Shown: positions 1 to 11,172 of the stretch, piece after piece
Layout: every line of letters begins with the position of its first letter
Numbering within the stretch: position 1 is the stretch's first letter
Assembly: GCA_003212795.1 (NCBI GenBank)
Contig: QCOV01000001.1
Location: 27,321 to 91,320, forward strand
Reading direction: 5' to 3'
From: OCS116 cluster bacterium AG-435-F03
Lineage (GTDB): Bacteria; Pseudomonadota; Alphaproteobacteria; MED-G09
DNA: 64,000 nucleotides
Notes under the pieces: model-generated
What the model saw: the letters and a program-made list of their open reading frames with translations, nothing else
What the model was told of the DNA's origin: nothing
Databases searched by the model: none
Made by a program: the position numbers and the translations under genes

Positions 1-792
1 TTACATAAAATTATTCCAGATTTAGAAGAACCAGTTAAGAATGAGAATTTTGATGATATTAAAAAAGAATTACGACATACATTATTGAATACCTCTTTTG
101 TAGTTCTTTTTATAGGTGGAATTTTTTCAGGTATGGCTGCAGGCTTTTCAGCAGCATTAAATATATATTTTAATACATATTTTTGGGGTTTTTCATCTAC
201 ACAAATAGGTATTGCAGGCGTTGTCGGAGTTATCCCAGGTATTTTGGGAGCAGTTGCATTATCCACATATTTATCAAAAAGAATTGGCAAGAGAAGGGGT
301 GCAATTTACTCTTCTCTTACAGCAATATTTTTTGTTCCCTTTCCTTATTTATTGAGAATATATGGTTATATGCCTGAATTTGGTTCATATGATTTGCTTT
401 GGATAATGTGCGGTTATTTTTTTCTTGAGGTTATGACAGCAGTAGCATCAACAATTTTAGTATCGTCCATGATAGCTGATATTGTAGAAGATTCTGAGTT
501 AGCAACTAAAAGAAGATCAGAAGGTCTATTTTTTGCCACAGTAGGTTTTTCTGGAAAAGCTATCTCAGGTGTTGGTATTTTTTTAGCAGGGTTAGTAACT
601 TCAATTGCAGGCTTACCTGAGGGTGCGAAGCCAAGCGAAGTAGATGACAATATATTAGTAAATGTTGTCTTTCTTTTTTTACCTATCTATATTTTATTTT
701 ATTTAATATCCGTATACTTTTTTAGTCTTTATAAAATCAATCGCGATAAGCATGAATCTAATTTGGAAGCGATTAAACAAAGAAATAACTAA
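1..792 (+). CDS. MFS transporter, GPH/MelB-like sugar:cation symporter family (5' truncated by window edge)
   Basis: Frame 1 is open from base 1; multiple TM helices; C-terminal 'SMIADIVED..RRSEGLFF' GPH motif. Confidence 0.85.
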   Translation, partial: LHKIIPDLEEPVKNENFDDIKKELRHTLLNTSFVVLFIGGIFSGMAAGFSAALNIYFNTYFWGFSSTQIGIAGVVGVIPGILGAVALSTYLSKRIGKRRGAIYSSLTAIFFVPFPYLLRIYGYMPEFGSYDLLWIMCGYFFLEVMTAVASTILVSSMIADIVEDSELATKRRSEGLFFATVGFSGKAISGVGIFLAGLVTSIAGLPEGAKPSEVDDNILVNVVFLFLPIYILFYLISVYFFSLYKINRDKHESNLEAIKQRNN

Positions 793-843
793 TTTTAAGT
801 TAATTATATTTACAAATAATGTAGTTTTTCTATATTTACTTGC

Positions 844-2070
844 ATGAAAACAAAAAAAATCAATGAAGTAAGAAAACAAATTGAATATGAGTACAAACGA
901 AACTCATATCCAGATGGTTTTCCTAAGATTCCTGATATTTCAGGTAAAAGATATACAGATCAAGAGTTTTTTGACCTTGAGTTTAAAAATATTTTCTTAA
1001 AATCATGGCTAATGATTTTTAGAGAGGATGAGATTCCTAATCCTGGAGATTTTAAAATATTTGATAAATTGCAAAGAGATATTTTAATTGTCAGACAGAA
1101 GGATAAAAGTATTAAGGCTTTTTACAATACATGTTCTCATAGAGGTGCTCCAGTTGTGAGAGAAAAACAAGGCTCAACAAAGTTACTTAAATGCCAATAT
1201 CATAGCTGGGCTTATGATCTTGATGGATCTTTATTAAGAGTTCCTGATGAAAGAGATTTTTTAGAATTAGATCTTTCTTGTAGAGGGTTAAAGCGAGTTC
1301 ATTGTGATACATGGGATGGATGGGTTTTTATATCACTTCAAGATAAAGACCCTGGCAGTCTTATGGAATTCTTAGAACCAGTAGCGTCAGAGATGGATTG
1401 TTTTAAAAGTTCAGAATTGATAACAATTTGGAAAAATAGCACTCTTGTAAAAGCTAATTGGAAAACTTGCCTTGATGCCTTTATGGAGGTTTATCATTCA
1501 CCAACTATTCATAAAGATACAGTTAATATTTTATTAGATGGAAATGGCATGGCAGCAGGCTTATTAAAAAATGGTCATTCAAGAATGGTTACTCCAAAAA
1601 GAATAAATCTCGATGGAGGAATGTTAGGTGCTGAAGGACAAGATTTTGTTCCATTTATTGAAACATGTGACAGTATTCATGCTGAAACAAATGTTGCTTA
1701 TGCAATGTTTCCTAATTTTATTACTCCTACCGATACCTCTGGTTATGTTGCAATACTTTTTTGGCCGAAAAGTCTTCGTGAAACTGAAATTGAATATTTA
1801 CAATTAGGTCCTAAATGGGAAGGTAAGGAGAAACCGCAATATTGGATTGATCAGGAAACCTCTTTTTATTCAATAATGGAAGAAGATTTTAAAAATTTAG
1901 AACCAATGCAAAAGTCTCATGATTCTGGGGTTTTTGAAAAAATGCCATTAAATTATCAAGAAAGAAGAATATATTACTATCATCAAACAGTAGATGATTG
2001 GGTTGGAAGAGAAAATATCAAGAATGATCTTGTTACAAAAGATATATTGACTCCCTTCATTGAGAGCTAA
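844..2070 (+). CDS. Rieske non-heme iron oxygenase alpha subunit (choline monooxygenase/CntA-like group)
   Basis: Rieske CSH...CQYH motif; mononuclear Fe motif EVYHSPTIH and C-terminal EED. Confidence 0.9.
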   Translation: MKTKKINEVRKQIEYEYKRNSYPDGFPKIPDISGKRYTDQEFFDLEFKNIFLKSWLMIFREDEIPNPGDFKIFDKLQRDILIVRQKDKSIKAFYNTCSHRGAPVVREKQGSTKLLKCQYHSWAYDLDGSLLRVPDERDFLELDLSCRGLKRVHCDTWDGWVFISLQDKDPGSLMEFLEPVASEMDCFKSSELITIWKNSTLVKANWKTCLDAFMEVYHSPTIHKDTVNILLDGNGMAAGLLKNGHSRMVTPKRINLDGGMLGAEGQDFVPFIETCDSIHAETNVAYAMFPNFITPTDTSGYVAILFWPKSLRETEIEYLQLGPKWEGKEKPQYWIDQETSFYSIMEEDFKNLEPMQKSHDSGVFEKMPLNYQERRIYYYHQTVDDWVGRENIKNDLVTKDILTPFIES

Positions 2071-2073
2071 TTA

Positions 2074-2874
2074 TTGCCTTTTATAAATACTAAAAAAATA
2101 AAAATTTACTATGAGTCTGCTGGTCAAGGAGAAGCTGTTCTTTACATCTCAGGAACAGGTGGAGACTTAAGGAAATCACCGAGTGTTTTTGATAATGATT
2201 TAAAGAATAATTTTCATTTAATTTCTTATGACCAAAGAGGTCTTGGACAAAGTGAAATTCCAGCAGGTCCATATAGTATGAAAGATTATGCTGATGATGC
2301 ATTTAGCTTTATAGAAAAACTTAATCTTAAAAGAGTTCATATAATTGGTGTAAGTTTTGGAGGAATGGTCGCCCAACATTTGGCAATTAATTATCCTGCT
2401 TCAGTCGAAAGACTAGTATTGATGTGCACTTCTCCTGGAGGAGAAAAATATCATTCTTTTCCTTTACATGAGTTAGAAGAAATTATCGATGATCAAGAAT
2501 ATGTAAGAAAATTTATTTCTATTTCAGATTTGAGAATTAATACAGATTATATAAAGAATAATTCCAAGCAATATGCAATTTTAACTGATCAAATAAAAAA
2601 TTATCTAAGAAGTCCAGAATCAAAAGAAAATAAAGGTAAGCTTTTACAACTTGGAGCTAGAAAAGATCATAATGTTATGGACTTGTTAAAGAGTATCAAA
2701 TGCCCAACTTTTATTATGGGTGGTCTATATGACGGCATTGCGCCAAAAGATAATATTGATATTTTAGACGAGCAAATCCCAAATTCAGTCAAAAAATTTT
2801 ATGAGGGTGGGCATGGTTTCTTTTTAGAGGATTATCAGGCTTGGAAGGATGTAATAAGTTTTCTTAAAGATTAG
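2074..2874 (+). CDS. alpha/beta hydrolase (PcaD/enol-lactonase-like)
   Basis: YDQRGLG, nucleophile GVSFGG, C-terminal GGH; TTG start. Confidence 0.85.
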   Translation: MPFINTKKIKIYYESAGQGEAVLYISGTGGDLRKSPSVFDNDLKNNFHLISYDQRGLGQSEIPAGPYSMKDYADDAFSFIEKLNLKRVHIIGVSFGGMVAQHLAINYPASVERLVLMCTSPGGEKYHSFPLHELEEIIDDQEYVRKFISISDLRINTDYIKNNSKQYAILTDQIKNYLRSPESKENKGKLLQLGARKDHNVMDLLKSIKCPTFIMGGLYDGIAPKDNIDILDEQIPNSVKKFYEGGHGFFLEDYQAWKDVISFLKD

Positions 2875-3251
2875 ATTCTTGATTTTATAAAAAGTATCAA
2901 CGCATAAGAGTACTCAATTATCGCAAATATTATTAAAGTTTGATCTAAACCATCCAAATAAAGACTTATTGATCTTCCAATGGCTAATCCTAACATTAGT
3001 AAGGCGAAAGCTGAAAACCAACTTTTCTTACCTAATGAGTTATGCGTAGCATAGATTATCCCGAGTCCAAGTGTGGTAAGAAGACCTCCAAACGAGCGGA
3101 TGTCGCTCATACCAAATTGCCCGGTTATTTGAACATGTAGAGCTGCCCATGCACTTTCTGTAAATATTTCTGGATCTATTATTCCCAGTACACCAAAAGC
3201 TAACCAGGATAAGCCAATTAAATAAGTAAGGACATTTATTATTAAAATCAT
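2871..3251 (-). CDS. DUF4345-like small membrane protein
   Basis: Four TM segments; 'SDIRSFGG' and 'GRSISLYLDG' motifs. Confidence 0.7.
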   Translation of the reverse strand: MILIINVLTYLIGLSWLAFGVLGIIDPEIFTESAWAALHVQITGQFGMSDIRSFGGLLTTLGLGIIYATHNSLGKKSWFSAFALLMLGLAIGRSISLYLDGLDQTLIIFAIIEYSYALILFIKSRI

Positions 3252-3289
3252 TTTTTTTTTCTTAAACTAATTCTTTTAAAATATAAAGA

Positions 3290-4444
3290 TTATCTAAATC
3301 TTAAGTTATCTTTATTTAAATCTTTAAGAGAGTTGCATCCCATAAGCTTCATATCACGAATGATTTCTTCTTGTATAAGTTGAAAAGCTCTCAAAGTCCC
3401 TTCATAACCCCCAGCTGCAAGTGCATATAAGTAGTATCTGCCTCCTGAACATGCTTTAGCTCCAAGGGAAAGTGCTTTTAGAACATGACTGCCTCTTCGT
3501 ATTCCCCCATCACAAATAACATCTATTTTGTCTCCTACAGCATCAACTATTTCAGCAAGTTGATCAAAGGGGGCCCTTGATCCATCTAATTGTCTTCCAC
3601 CATGATTAGAAATCATTATAGCTGTAGCGCCAACATCAATACATTTTTTTGCATCTTCAACTGACATAATACCCTTTAAGCAAAGGTGACCACCCCATTG
3701 ATTTTTTATTTCTTCAATATCTTTCCAAGTAATACTTTGATCAAGCATCGTTGAGAAATAATCTCCAACAGAAATATTAATATTAGTGCCTTCACTTACA
3801 AAATCTTGAAGTTGAGGTAATTCAAATTTTTTTCTAAATAAATAGTTTAAGGTCCATTCTGGATGAAAGGCGTAACTTAAGAAGCTATTAAAATCTAATT
3901 TTGGTGGCGATGTAAAACCTGTTCGAAGATCCCTTTCTCTATTTCCGCCGACAATAGTATCTAAAGTTATTGCCAATGCATCAAAATTATTAATTTTACA
4001 TTTTTCTATCATGCTGTCGTTAAGACCTTTATCTTTATGAATGTACATTTGGAATATTTTTGGAGAAGAGAATTTTTCACCAATTTCTTCTATGCTAGCA
4101 GTAGCTAAAGATGATATTCCAAAAAAAGTATTGAAATTCTGAGCAGCCTTACCAACAGCAATTTCTCCCTGATGGTGGAATAATCTTTGAAGAGCTGTTG
4201 GGGAGAAGAATAATGGAGTACTTATTCTTTTACCCATAAGTTCTGTACTAATATCAATGTTCTCAACTCCTTTTAAAACATTTGGAATTAAATCAACTTC
4301 TTCAAATGCTTGGGTATTTCTTCTCAGGGTAACTTCATCATCTGCAGCGCCGTCAATATAGTGAAATACAGGAAAGGGAAGCTTTCTTTTTGCAAGTTTT
4401 CTAAAATCTTCTGTATTGAAACAGTTTTTAATTGAATTAAGCAT
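3290..4444 (-). CDS. lldD: FMN-dependent alpha-hydroxy acid dehydrogenase (L-lactate dehydrogenase LldD-like)
   Basis: YIDGAADDE, SNHGGRQLD, DGGIRRG motifs. Confidence 0.85.
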   Translation of the reverse strand: MLNSIKNCFNTEDFRKLAKRKLPFPVFHYIDGAADDEVTLRRNTQAFEEVDLIPNVLKGVENIDISTELMGKRISTPLFFSPTALQRLFHHQGEIAVGKAAQNFNTFFGISSLATASIEEIGEKFSSPKIFQMYIHKDKGLNDSMIEKCKINNFDALAITLDTIVGGNRERDLRTGFTSPPKLDFNSFLSYAFHPEWTLNYLFRKKFELPQLQDFVSEGTNINISVGDYFSTMLDQSITWKDIEEIKNQWGGHLCLKGIMSVEDAKKCIDVGATAIMISNHGGRQLDGSRAPFDQLAEIVDAVGDKIDVICDGGIRRGSHVLKALSLGAKACSGGRYYLYALAAGGYEGTLRAFQLIQEEIIRDMKLMGCNSLKDLNKDNLRFR

Positions 4445-5559
4445 TAATCTTTTTCTTTTCTTTCAGGTAAAAGTTCAAGGTTATTATTAATTTTATATTG
4501 AATTTCTTTTTGTGCAGCCCTTATATTTGCCCATCTTTCTGATGATGTAGGGTGTGTTGAATTATAGTTGATAGTTGAACCAGGGTTTTCTGCAGCAAGT
4601 TTCCTCCAAAAATTTTCAATATTTGAGGAATCTATATTTGATTTAGCTAAAATATATAAGCCAACATAATCAGCTTCTCTTTCAAAATCCTGTGAATACA
4701 TTTGAGCTCCCATTGCGCCAAAACTACCTCGTGTATCAATACCTGCTCCCGCAGCAGCTATATCAATTATTGTTCCTAAAATAGAATTATTTACCTTTTT
4801 GTCTATATGTCCCTCAATATTATGGGCAAGTTCATGGGCTAAGATAAATTGTAATTCGCGATCTTCGTCTACAAATCTTAACATACCTGTCGTCAAATAT
4901 AGATTATCACCATCAGCATAAGCATTGAGAGAATCGTTTTGCGCAAGAACAACGCCATAATTGCAGATTTTGTTCGGTATTATTTCAAACTCTAGTGATT
5001 CTAATTGCTGATCATTTTCCGTTTTTTCGTTCTTACGTATTACAGAAATTTTGACGGTTTCCTTAGAATAGTTCTTTTTTTCATTATTTTTAAAAATATC
5101 ATCATTTTTCCATTGCCCATTGATTGTGCTTACTTCCGAAATAATGTCTCCAGATTTTATACCTGCTTTAGCACTAGGAGAGTCATTAATAGCGAATAGA
5201 ACTTTTTGACTTTCTGTTATTAATAATTTCTGCTTTGCAGCTTTTCGAAATCTTTTATCAATTTGATTAAGTGAAATTGTTTTTAAGCCAATATCATATT
5301 TTATTCGGTTTCCACAAAAATCAGTTGATTTTGTTAGTAGAGGATAGGTTAAGTTATTGAGTTTCTCGAACCGTTTATAATAAGTATCCAAAGCAATGCC
5401 TTGCATTATTATTCTTTCTTTATCAATTACTGATGTATCGCCTCTTGTAATCACAGTTGTAGGAGAACCGCAGGAACTTAAAAAGACTGCAAGAGAAAAT
5501 GTTATTATTATTTTTAGTAAACTATTATTTACTTGTAATTTAGAATTGGCATTAACCAT
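4444..5559 (-). CDS. M48-family zinc metallopeptidase lipoprotein with PDZ-like domain
   Basis: Lipobox LSSC; '[14 protein letters not shown]' PDZ; HELAH, EREAD, STHP motifs; start uncertain. Confidence 0.85.
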   Translation of the reverse strand: MVNANSKLQVNNSLLKIIITFSLAVFLSSCGSPTTVITRGDTSVIDKERIIMQGIALDTYYKRFEKLNNLTYPLLTKSTDFCGNRIKYDIGLKTISLNQIDKRFRKAAKQKLLITESQKVLFAINDSPSAKAGIKSGDIISEVSTINGQWKNDDIFKNNEKKNYSKETVKISVIRKNEKTENDQQLESLEFEIIPNKICNYGVVLAQNDSLNAYADGDNLYLTTGMLRFVDEDRELQFILAHELAHNIEGHIDKKVNNSILGTIIDIAAAGAGIDTRGSFGAMGAQMYSQDFEREADYVGLYILAKSNIDSSNIENFWRKLAAENPGSTINYNSTHPTSSERWANIRAAQKEIQYKINNNLELLPERKEKD

Positions 5560-8500
5560 TTTTCACATTCCGACAAAGTCATTGATTTTCTTTTAGCATA
5601 ATCCTTAACCTGATCTTTGCTAATTTTCCCAACTCCAAAATAATTACTTTCTGGATTGCTAAAATATAATCCAGATATTGAAGCTCCAGGTGACATTGAA
5701 AAGCTTTCAGTTAAGGATACATCAATATTTTTTGTAGCCTCTAATATTTCAAATAATTTACCTTTTTCGGTATGATCAGGCTGGGCTGGATAACCATGCG
5801 CAGGGCGTATTCCACTGTATTTTTCTTTAATTAAGGCATCATTGTTAAAATTTTCCTTTGGTGAATAACCCCAGAATTCTTTCCTGACTCTTTCATGCAT
5901 TCTTTCTGCAAATGCTTCAGCTAATCGATCTGCTAGAGCTTTTGTCATAATTGAGTTATAGTCATCAGAATCCCTTTTAAATTTTTCAGATAATTCATTT
6001 TCTCCATGCCCACATGTTAGTGCAAAGCCTCCAATGTAATCTTTGATTTTTTTGTTTTTTGATAATGGTGCAATAAAATCAGCCAAAGCATAATTTGGTC
6101 TATCTGTAGAATGTGAAGCTTGTTGCCTTATTGTATGAAAAATAGCTAGTTTTGAATTTCTTTTATCATTATTAAATAAGATAATATCATCCTTATCACT
6201 ATTTGCAGGCCAAAATCCAATCACGCCTTTAGCACATAATAAATTATTATTAATAATTTCATCTAGTAAATTATTTGCATCTTTATATAGATTCTGAGCT
6301 GTTGAACCAACAGTTTGATCTTTTAAAATATTTGGATAACTTCCATGAAGATCCCAGGAACGAAAAAATGGCGTCCAATCAATATATTTTCTTAATTCTT
6401 CTAAATTATAATTTGTAAAAACTTTATTACCTATGAATAAAGGTTTCTTTGGGTTGTAGTCCTCATAATTAGCACTATATTTATTTTTTCTAGCCTCAGA
6501 TATGCTTAACCTTCTAGATTTATTTTGACCACCTTTATGGTTTTTCCTTATCTTCAAATATTCATCATATGTGTTTTTTGTGAACTCACTTTTTTTATCT
6601 TTAGATAATAGATTGCTAACTACACCAACAGCCTTACTTGCATTTGATACATAAAAGGTTTGTCCCTTTAGATAATTTTCAGAAATTTTCACTGCGGTAT
6701 GAACTTTGCTCGTTGTTGCTCCACCGATTAATAGAGGTATTTTAAAATTGTTTTTTTCCATTTCTTTTGCAACGGAACACATTTCATCTAGACTAGGCGT
6801 TATTAATCCAGATAAACCAATCATATCTACTTTATGTTCTATAGCTTTCTTTAAAATCTCTTCGCCTGGAACCATAACTCCGAGATCAATAACCTCATAA
6901 TTATTGCATTGTAAAATGACACCTACAATATTTTTACCAATATCATGAACATCGCCTTTAACTGTAGCAAGAAGTATTTTGCCAGAATGCATTTTAGTCT
7001 TATTTTTTTCTTTTTCCATAAAAGGCTCTAAATAAGCAACAGCTTCTTTCATAACTCTTGCTGATTTAACGACCTGAGGAAGGAACATTTGTCCAGAGCC
7101 AAACAAATCCCCAATATGATTCATACCATCCATTAATGGACCCTCAATTACTTTTATAGGGTTTCCAAATTCTATTCTTGCCTCTTCTGTATCTTTCACA
7201 ATAAATTCACTTATACCTTTTACTAAGGAATACTTTAGTCTTTCAGATACATTTTCATTTCTCCATTTTACTTCTTTTTCTTCAATTTCATTTTTTGTAT
7301 CTTTATATTTCTCAGCTAATTCGATGAGTTTTTCTGTAGCATTTTTATCTCTATTAAAAAGAACATCTTCAATGGATTTTTTTAGGTCCTTATCAATATC
7401 TTCATAAATTGATAATTGACCTGAATTAACTATTCCCATATCTAAGCCATTTTTTATTGCGTGAAATAAGAAAACGGAATGCATTGCTTCTCTTATCGTA
7501 TCATTACCTCTGAAGGAGAAAGAGAAATTTGAAACGCCACCAGATACATGAACATTTCTCATTTCTTTCTTTATTTTTTTTGTAGAATTTATGAATGCCT
7601 TACCATAATCTCCATGCTCTTCAATGCCTGTTGCAACAGCAAAAATATTTGGATCAAATATTATGTCTTCCTCAGGAAACTCAATTTTATTTGTAAGCAA
7701 ATCGAAAGCCCTTTTACAGATTTCATATTTTCTGTCTTCTGTGTCCGCTTGACCTTTCTCATCAAATGCCATGACGATAATAGCTGCTCCATATTTTTTA
7801 CATAATTTGGCTTGTTTAATAAATTCTTCTTCTCCTTCTTTTAGTGAAATAGAATTAACAATAGCCTTACCTTGGGTATGCTTTAAACCTGCCTCAATTA
7901 CATCCCAATTCGAACTATCAATCATAAATGGTACCTTAGCTATATCAGGTTCTGTTGAAGCAATTTTCAGAAAATGCTCCATAACATTTTTTGATTCAAG
8001 CATTCCTTCGTCCATATTTACATCAATTATTTGTGCCCCATTTTCAACTTGCTGTCTTGCTACTTCTATAGCTGAATTATAGTCTTCTTCTAGGATTAGT
8101 TTTTTAAACTTTAGGGATCCTGTAACATTTGTCCTTTCACCTACATTCACAAAAGGTATTTCTTTAGTTAAGTTTAGTGGCTCTAATCCCGAAAGACGCA
8201 TAATATTTTTTATTTTTGGCAACTTTCTTGGTTTATATTTTTCAACTTGTTTAGATATCTGTTTTATGTGATCCGGTGTTGACCCACAGCACCCTCCAAC
8301 AATATTTAGATAACCATCTTTTGCAAAATTTTCTAAAATATTAGACATATCAAAGGGAGATTCATCATATTCCCCCATTTCATTCGGTAATCCAGCATTT
8401 GGATAGATGCAAATATGTGTATCGGCAATTTTAGAGAACTCAGCTACATATGGAGCCATTTCTTTTCCGCCTAAAGCACAATTAATACCAACAGCAAAAG

Positions 8501-9230
8501 GTTTTGCGTGTCTAATAGAATTCCAAAATGCTTCTATTGTTTGACCTGATAATGTTCTTCCAGAAAGATCTGTTATTGTTCCAGAAATTATTATTGGAAG
8601 ATCAATATTTTTATCTTCAAAAAATGTTTTGATAGCATTAATTGCAGCTTTCGCATTAAGAGTATCAAAAATAGTCTCAACTAAAATTAAATCTACTCCT
8701 CCATCTATTAATCCATTAACTGCTTCATAGTAACTTTCATAAAGTTCATCATATGTTATGTCTCTTTTACTCGGATCTGAAACATCTGGAGATAATGATG
8801 TGGTCTTATTTGTTGGCCCAATTGCACCTGCAACATATTTTGGTTCATTAGGAAACTGTTTTTCATATTCGTCACAAATATTTCTAGCAATTTTTGCGCT
8901 TTGCAAGTTTAATTCATAAGCTAAATCACTCATTAAATAATCATCCTGAGAAATGCTTGTAGATGAAAAAGAGTTTGTCTCAATAATTGAACTTCCAGAT
9001 TTTAGAAATGCTAAATGAATATTTGAAATTAAATCGGGTTGTGTGATGGATAAAATATCATTATTTCCAAAAAGACTTTTCTTATGATCTTTAAATCTTT
9101 CACCTCGGTAATCTTCTTCGTTAAGTTTTTCTGCCTGAATCATAGTACCCATCGCTCCATCCAAAACGAGTATTTTCTTTTTTAAAAGCTTTGGTAATTC
9201 TTCAATTCTTTTTTTACGATTCCATTTCAT
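5529..9230 (-). CDS. metH: Cobalamin-dependent methionine synthase (full-length, fused)
   Basis: [22 protein letters not shown]12-binding DVHDIGKN, C-terminal activation domain. Confidence 0.97.
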   Translation of the reverse strand: MKWNRKKRIEELPKLLKKKILVLDGAMGTMIQAEKLNEEDYRGERFKDHKKSLFGNNDILSITQPDLISNIHLAFLKSGSSIIETNSFSSTSISQDDYLMSDLAYELNLQSAKIARNICDEYEKQFPNEPKYVAGAIGPTNKTTSLSPDVSDPSKRDITYDELYESYYEAVNGLIDGGVDLILVETIFDTLNAKAAINAIKTFFEDKNIDLPIIISGTITDLSGRTLSGQTIEAFWNSIRHAKPFAVGINCALGGKEMAPYVAEFSKIADTHICIYPNAGLPNEMGEYDESPFDMSNILENFAKDGYLNIVGGCCGSTPDHIKQISKQVEKYKPRKLPKIKNIMRLSGLEPLNLTKEIPFVNVGERTNVTGSLKFKKLILEEDYNSAIEVARQQVENGAQIIDVNMDEGMLESKNVMEHFLKIASTEPDIAKVPFMIDSSNWDVIEAGLKHTQGKAIVNSISLKEGEEEFIKQAKLCKKYGAAIIVMAFDEKGQADTEDRKYEICKRAFDLLTNKIEFPEEDIIFDPNIFAVATGIEEHGDYGKAFINSTKKIKKEMRNVHVSGGVSNFSFSFRGNDTIREAMHSVFLFHAIKNGLDMGIVNSGQLSIYEDIDKDLKKSIEDVLFNRDKNATEKLIELAEKYKDTKNEIEEKEVKWRNENVSERLKYSLVKGISEFIVKDTEEARIEFGNPIKVIEGPLMDGMNHIGDLFGSGQMFLPQVVKSARVMKEAVAYLEPFMEKEKNKTKMHSGKILLATVKGDVHDIGKNIVGVILQCNNYEVIDLGVMVPGEEILKKAIEHKVDMIGLSGLITPSLDEMCSVAKEMEKNNFKIPLLIGGATTSKVHTAVKISENYLKGQTFYVSNASKAVGVVSNLLSKDKKSEFTKNTYDEYLKIRKNHKGGQNKSRRLSISEARKNKYSANYEDYNPKKPLFIGNKVFTNYNLEELRKYIDWTPFFRSWDLHGSYPNILKDQTVGSTAQNLYKDANNLLDEIINNNLLCAKGVIGFWPANSDKDDIILFNNDKRNSKLAIFHTIRQQASHSTDRPNYALADFIAPLSKNKKIKDYIGGFALTCGHGENELSEKFKRDSDDYNSIMTKALADRLAEAFAERMHERVRKEFWGYSPKENFNNDALIKEKYSGIRPAHGYPAQPDHTEKGKLFEILEATKNIDVSLTESFSMSPGASISGLYFSNPESNYFGVGKISKDQVKDYAKRKSMTLSECEKWLMPILNYK

Positions 9231-9234
9231 TTAA

Positions 9235-10068
9235 TTATTCATCACTAATATTTAAACTTTGGCAAACTGATAGAGTTAACTCAGACTGGTTTAATGTATA
9301 GAAGTGAATTGCTCTAAAGTCATTACTGATAAGTTTTTGACAAAAATCAATCGCAATTTCTTTAGAAACTTTTTTTCTTTCATCAAGCCTGTCCTCTAAA
9401 CCATTATATTTATTTTCAAGCCATTTTGGTATAGATGTTGAACACTGTTTAGACATTTTCTGAATACCTTTAAAATTAGTAGTTGGCATTAATCCAGGTA
9501 TTATAGGGATGTTTATATTATGCTTTTGCAGTAGATCTCGATAAGCGAGAATGATTTGAAAATCAAAACAGAATTGAGTAATTGCCTGAGTTGCACCTGC
9601 ATCAATTTTCCTTTTTAAGAATTCTATATCTTCATCAAATGATGAGGCATCTGGGTGTTTTTCAGGATATGCGCTTACAGTAACATTGAAGTCTTGTTGA
9701 CTTAATTTTTTAACCAAATCAATGGATGATTTATAACCTTTAGGATGTGGTTCAAAATCTTCAAAGTTTGGCATATCCCCTCTAAGAGCAACTATGTGTT
9801 TAACACCTATTTTTTTATAACTATCAGTTATTTCTTTTATCTCATCTTTAGTGGAGTTAACACATGTTAGATGAGCTGCAGGTTCAAGATTTGTTTCATC
9901 AATTATTTTTTTGACACAATTATGTGTTCTTTCGCGAGTAGTGCCTCCTGCGCCATAAGTTACTGATACAAAATTAGGCTTTAAGGGTTCAAGTATTTTA
10001 ATTGATTCCCATAATACAGTTTCAGCTTTATTAGAGCTTGGAGGAAAGAATTCAAAAGAAATATCCAT
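9235..10068 (-). CDS. metF: 5,10-methylenetetrahydrofolate reductase
   Basis: SFEFFPP, VSVTYGAGG, AHLTC, ALRGD, HFYTLN. Confidence 0.97.
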   Translation of the reverse strand: MDISFEFFPPSSNKAETVLWESIKILEPLKPNFVSVTYGAGGTTRERTHNCVKKIIDETNLEPAAHLTCVNSTKDEIKEITDSYKKIGVKHIVALRGDMPNFEDFEPHPKGYKSSIDLVKKLSQQDFNVTVSAYPEKHPDASSFDEDIEFLKRKIDAGATQAITQFCFDFQIILAYRDLLQKHNINIPIIPGLMPTTNFKGIQKMSKQCSTSIPKWLENKYNGLEDRLDERKKVSKEIAIDFCQKLISNDFRAIHFYTLNQSELTLSVCQSLNISDE

Positions 10069-10123
10069 AATTTAAAATATTAATACACTATGATTTAAAT
10101 TAGAATTTAATAATTATCTTAAA

Positions 10124-10199
<76 letters not shown>

Positions 10200-10260
10200 G
10201 TATTTAAAAAATTGAATGATGCAATATAAACTTTTAGACACCTTTTTCACAACCCTAAAT

Positions 10261-10413
10261 TTAATTATTACCGCCATCTTCTTCATTAACGCTAATATGA
10301 TATTTTTCACCCAACCATCTGTTTAAATCAATTTGAGAGCAACGTTTTGAACAAAAAGGAATGTATTCTTCTTTGGAATTTTTTTTACAAATTGGACAAT
10401 TTTTGGATTCCAT
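10261..10413 (-). CDS. yacG: DNA gyrase inhibitor YacG (50 aa, missing from ORF track)
   Basis: Manual translation MESKNCPICKKNSKEEYIPFCSKRCSQIDLNRWLGEKY...; CPIC + PFCSKRC + DLxxW zinc-finger motif; canonical position after infA. Confidence 0.92.
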   Translation of the reverse strand: MESKNCPICKKNSKEEYIPFCSKRCSQIDLNRWLGEKYHISVNEEDGGNN

Positions 10414-10421
10414 AAGTTACT

Positions 10422-10640
10422 CTACTTATGTCTATATGTGATACGACCTTTTGTTAAATCATAAGGAGTCATTTCCACGGTTACCTGGTCACCTGCAAGG
10501 ACTCTTATTCTATTTTTTCTCATCTTACCTGCAGTATGAGCTATAATTTCATGATCGTTTTCTAATTTAACCTTAAAAGTAGCGTTAGGTAATAACTCTG
10601 TTACAACACCGGGAAATTCTAGTAATTCTTCTTTAGCCAA
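10422..10640 (-). CDS. infA: Translation initiation factor IF-1
   Basis: [13 protein letters not shown]...[14 protein letters not shown]...[12 protein letters not shown] start. Confidence 0.98.
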   Translation of the reverse strand: MAKEELLEFPGVVTELLPNATFKVKLENDHEIIAHTAGKMRKNRIRVLAGDQVTVEMTPYDLTKGRITYRHK

Positions 10641-10695
10641 TTTTTTTCCTTTAATCGTTTATATCAAACAATCTTTTATAGTCAAATTTCTGGTT

Positions 10696-11172
10696 TTAAA
10701 TATACAAAGAATATAAAAGTGTAAACATTCTTCTTGAAGTATTGTGATCCATATTGAAATGTGATTCAGTAATTTTAAGTAATTGATCTGCACCTTCATT
10801 ATGAATATTTCTTCTATTTTTCTCAATTTCTTCTATTTTATCTATTGAGCCTTTTTTAATTGAGTCGAAATATAAATTACAAGCTGAATGATAGATTTTA
10901 ACCGTCTTTTTTAACGAATTGATTGGAACTCTATAGTCTTCTGAATATAACTGATTATCATTAGTTATATTTACAATTAGTATATTATCACTAATCTTTA
11001 TATCAATAACATATGGTCCTTCAATATCGTCTTTATTTAATGAAAATGAATTTTCATTAATTAGATCATGAATAGCAGCTTGCCTCTCATAAGAAATAAA
11101 TTCGGCTATACTTTCACCATCTTCGTAATTTAAATTTATTTTCTTAATGTAATTCTTATTTTTATCCGACAT
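10696..11172 (-). CDS. UPF0262 family protein
   Basis: 'ERQAAIHDLINENSF', 'RRNIHNEGA', 'SRRMFTL'; typical position after hisD. Confidence 0.85.
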   Translation of the reverse strand: MSDKNKNYIKKINLNYEDGESIAEFISYERQAAIHDLINENSFSLNKDDIEGPYVIDIKISDNILIVNITNDNQLYSEDYRVPINSLKKTVKIYHSACNLYFDSIKKGSIDKIEEIEKNRRNIHNEGADQLLKITESHFNMDHNTSRRMFTLLYSLYI

